64,000 nt of DNA from an uncultured virus (IMG/VR IMGVR_UViG_3300044612_002367) (lineage: Duplodnaviria; Heunggongvirae; Uroviricota; Caudoviricetes). Of this stretch, positions 63,101 to 64,000 are shown piece by piece. The position numbers were made by a program, and so were the translations under genes. A model generated the notes under the pieces. That model worked only from the letters and a program-made list of their open reading frames with translations. It was not told the DNA's origin and made no database searches. The stretch lies in the IMG/VR virus record IMGVR_UViG_3300044612_002367; one strand, 5' to 3'. Numbering within the stretch: the stretch's first letter is position 1; the number at the start of each line of letters is the position of its first letter.

Positions 63101-64000
63101 ATATGGCTGCTGGTATGCTTCCAGAGGGCGCTCAAGACGCTGCGTATACAGCCATGGATGCTACTGATGTAGCACTAGATGTTAGAGATGCGGCAACAGC
63201 CACACGATCAGCTAAACCTGGAGCACCACGCTTTGGTGGAGTTGGAACAGCAGTTGCGATCAACACAGCCATTAATGCTGCTACAGAAGGAATAGACTTT
63301 TTATCAGATCCAGAGGCTTACGATAAAGCTAAAAGAGAAAAAACACAAGCTGGATTAGACGCTGTTAGAGATAGAACCAATCTAGGCTTCGCTTCCGATA
63401 CCGCTTCGGGAGCAGTGGAAGGATTTTTCAATCCTGTTACTAAAATCGTAGAGGGTGGATATGCAGGAGCGGCTCTTCATCAAGATAGACAAGATATGGC
63501 CGAAAGACAAGCTAAAACAGACAGAATGATGGAAGAGTCTAAAAAAACCAACGTTTATGGATTAGACAGAGCACAATTCAATCAAGCCAATGAAGAAGCA
63601 TCTTTAAGGTCTCAATTAGAACAAGCACAAGCTAGTGGTAATACTCAAGAACAAGCTAGACTACAAGCTAGTATATCTGGTATGCAAAAGGCTAAACTAA
63701 GCAGTGGCGCCCTATCCACAGGATTTTTTGGCGGAGTATCAGAAAATGAAACATATACAAAAGCTGTTCAAGATATGGTACAAAAAAGAAAAGCTGAAGC
63801 TGAAGCTGCTAAAAAAGCTGCTGAAGACACCAAGCCAAAAACAGAAACCGAAAAACCCAAAGAAACTACCCCAGCAAAAGAAGCATCGAGCGCTAAAACA
63901 GAAGTAGAAATTTCTAAAGAATCAACAGAAGCCTCAAAGCCTGTCACCACAGAACCTTCTAAAACAGCAGAAACCAAGTCCAAAGATAGTTTAGAAACCT
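54187..64000 (+). CDS. Tape measure protein, >3,270 aa, 3'-truncated by the window (missing from ORF track)
   Basis: ATG 54187 with AGGA RBS: MSQSFNLTAQVNLQ...; TMP core FDKELVKLQQVTG..LAQAGLS..ETIATGLRTIFTR. I saw no in-frame stop in the segments I translated; absence from the track fits an ORF open to the end. Confidence 0.88.
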   Translation, partial: MSQSFNLTAQVNLQAPGNLKTVVAKIKRELGTVSADVKLNISSQSARSIDNVKSRLDALNATLIQARTNTTSLDLALRSLSTTLSSIQSNTVKVDSSFARTSSSVNQTSKSIKVATTEMEEFGKQSALAVRRFAAFSIVTSGIFALVNAVNSGFKAFIEFDKELVKLQQVTGKGEIGLRSLEKEITKLSTSLGVSSQSLMSVASTLAQAGLSAEDTRVALEALAKTELAPSFDNLADTTEGAIAAMRQFGLESKDLEKALGSINAVAAAFAVESKDIIAAIQRTGGVFAAASKGVSEGTDALNEFVAVFTSVRATTRESAETIATGLRTIFTRLQRTKTIDQLKDFGVTLTDLEGKFVGPFEAVKRLSAALNQLDPRDLRFSAIVEELGGFRQIGKVIPLIQQFATAQEALKVAQKGQGSLAEAQITAQKSLANQIAKVREQFLALVRDIGKSQSFQGLFKIVTGLASGLISLASAFKPILPILAIMGAIKGVSAIRQFGSGFIGGINKGGGAKAVGENVGSTLSGNKEKEKAEATSRAADAIRLNTDALKSLTTAVQSLDSTIKSRGSTTLAGGGKVYGFQSGGIVPGSGRGDKVPALLEPGEVVMNRNAVNKYGAGNLVEMNKSRSTKGIARGARSRFKELSPEELSQLSTEDMIKYAKAQAREIFSTGGSGMATSSKFIPVSQERITPELESSLTSYLGQKGFWKEMVSPFGQPNKSVSKAQSRLSREQALQQQSARMSDEVAARGQQWASIRSGSSIDNYLLGALKDPILSDYRTVRGGGSLSKAFHSTRLRKAVNEALDNYDDFDYSPGSIDKLVSSFAAKKFAYGGVVQKLKEGGITKELQKQMIEAGGYEKFIQQNMSPKDPDLYEFGLVGLRSGTKSASNTPVDRELGNGKKARIHIGFLQSANDPNFAANIEEDINKSLQKTIVKTAGIFGQDIDASISPQTKDQILEGAVLSSAVGSVFESALQMIGAPYIDKIEAIKSIDFPFGLGSSSKLFGSNFPSNIPTDATRTIAGSGKGVSDFLGQINRFVGAVDSGKFTDKLEPLPTTQALSAREMADALVRSAKSNPDNISRINGVLQRSSIPGIIRKQNTKRTDSLVDSLARSPETIKMLEAAGFGPAYQASGGLIKNFAIGGLADATEEMSGLMRGLYGNRSSENQQSQKKAKQFGKIALRNDGSDITATYFKQGADALLSGSEMRSGQVTASKIDSNLYAVRLSAATKGYGPRLYDVAMEAATENGGMLTSDRNTVSGDAKKVWEYYFKNRGDVKKTPLKPANWTKNQANIDPKLYGNEDTWPPATDPAWVLQSGYSKSPSLINDSNSVVRMDKQAQSSALTALQFFQSKSMNLASGGSLNKTVPAMVSNGEAYVPPETAKKIGYAKLNRMNQADRNGMKGFASGGISVFKGSGSGTSDSIGPVGLPEGSFIIRAKATKALRLNKGGSIGRPRRFFKGGVADKDVTRAQGTVLQDLNQAVSSFESILNILGPGIRDSILDGFMGIEAVASGQKQKLMSGDIFDDTTRGRANASGKSSSIGLQILGSNVAATTETVAHEAGHLADYSLGGKTGQMASDTKGTFQFALVEVVKKQMEEAFKKAGKSADDIEKYLASNKELFAEFFAKASPEVKAIITSTTDAKEGMKALADHLGDAGYTYAGLEASDIDPSRSKPSQKSSSNVVNSIKSTVSSVFSGMKNKIFGGGSGSTPPTAPPSTPWPSSMMKYTTQAKVATKEKEDEENDNQFMEYRARKEGITTGAFKLNVARRLGKSAYEIRDNFAGRKEEMKYELAGKQDRLRNIGSTIATAKFKAGGSDAEAEAARTQLADANSRLAAEAENIAQEMRSLNPTLDMDQVTKASKEIADLLSEGKLKEAQKAMVDAIGDVPGPALSMKIAMEQMSKELGISVEMLERNFGKGKGAKDVERQQFVQSREGQRFGMLAEFAPDALAKFSGSRFGKGVGGAADFISGKGGKFSQAFGKMGGLTGLGGALAVGADQFERNVTITDPNTAGVVGGIGGAGTGLASGSLLGGQIAGPVGALIGGVTGALVGAINGAVNAFQTKKLENNLKALDKASTDLETAFKKLESVSNDANRAEAQSKLNAKVGAITNVAGQANFGAGGTARTITETLRALDPTGLVGTFTGQKQEGEARDAMVSGLSQLTLDADRLGASQLNKASTSSITSFLDSTKGMDEPAKQLAMARANQGYQVMAAGGMKENDIFLSKYMAQQKQQGKTSEQLSKELSDPKARERAIQSGKELLAVEGEIALKQAVLSRTAKDLAVATEQLLDVYRRATASLDRYSAELEQFENNVMTSADDISGNPRMRSVNRQNEQVLGNISAYSMDEVKTVAEQTASLAGGGDAGNKLKNEIIGAKILKDELPKALRGAQNGDVDEVLDKLKESFGLAGVEFSDSLRTQLSDTLRSKTEGRQGVGLGDIADDPSILENITKGREESLKFAQALQQKYNDTIQTAINLQAKYNEKIGQAEEYQRKAASIRINAELELASALGRAPTLNELNQPFDQEVKSMTSGLVAGGTTDPAAISAAMTTAQQNANDIQQRLDNPMTAYAGMDEAQRNEAIKNDIAALGKQKRALDNGSKALEKLANDGTKAANALGKIKERQQLADNARGVARKLLTSDSGELMDFERQMSAYTRTVSGQASNQELGSLQFRQDAFSGLDNIKSVLPENIAKQMEAKLTRSMISANPQGQQILNSVIGMDSEGNPMTVDQSLQMAEQGKDPVQEQYIQAYKAATDAQAAAADALANKALEAAKILADGSAQLMGDLKAGVQGKVAELGQVLPNAEAAAKADPKPEVKTEEPTGDLSTGAASVNTVDIPGLSENVDASKNNTNALISSALAMAELMAAIFILKKAFDAFGGGGIRDMIGNVLGGGRGRSKRRRRKGKKSSGSTGSSGSSPTAGKKRKTKKTRGATTASASKPSTTKPKVRGKSRKGRGVLSGALSMFGLDMAAGMLPEGAQDAAYTAMDATDVALDVRDAATATRSAKPGAPRFGGVGTAVAINTAINAATEGIDFLSDPEAYDKAKREKTQAGLDAVRDRTNLGFASDTASGAVEGFFNPVTKIVEGGYAGAALHQDRQDMAERQAKTDRMMEESKKTNVYGLDRAQFNQANEEASLRSQLEQAQASGNTQEQARLQASISGMQKAKLSSGALSTGFFGGVSENETYTKAVQDMVQKRKAEAEAAKKAAEDTKPKTETEKPKETTPAKEASSAKTEVEISKESTEASKPVTTEPSKTAETKSKDSLET

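Noticed and set aside
54504..63983. Short ORFs listed within 54.5-64 kb
   Set aside because: All lie inside the single long plus-strand tape measure frame starting at 54187.
1..64000. Stop-codon reassignment
   Set aside because: Terminase, portal, capsid and other long genes are intact in code 11, TAG and TGA end genes normally, and no suppressor tRNA was found.

Overview
A 64-kb segment of a large tailed dsDNA phage genome (standard genetic code). The host is unknown; a flagellated, sigma54-containing bacterium such as a planctomycete is a weak inference. Positions 1-31.7 kb are almost entirely short minus-strand early/accessory genes plus 9 tRNA genes and one tRNA-like element. Positions 32.4-64 kb are a plus-strand late module: sigma-like protein, HNH, ERCC4 nuclease, terminase, portal, protease/scaffold, capsid, fibre/neck/tail genes, and a >3,200-aa tape-measure ORF that runs off the end and is absent from the ORF track. 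The most striking unexplained structure is a visibly GC-richer block at ~14.7-31.8 kb organised as gene cassettes. It holds 14 copies of a rigid 44-bp element (CTGCCATTTTGGCAG-N14-CTGCCATTTTGGCAG), often flush with the upstream stop codon or tRNA end. Nearby are stacked sigma70-like and sigma28-like promoters, five consensus sigma54 -24/-12 sites and six copies of a second fixed-geometry motif. Other notable items: a tape measure protein with GNAT-like and HExxH domains between xxGG motifs, an apparently circularly permuted FGE/C-lectin domain on a mucin-like stalk, and unusual tRNAs (Ile-UAU with a branched variable arm, Ser-ACU). All family calls are by eye from motifs; no database searches were run.
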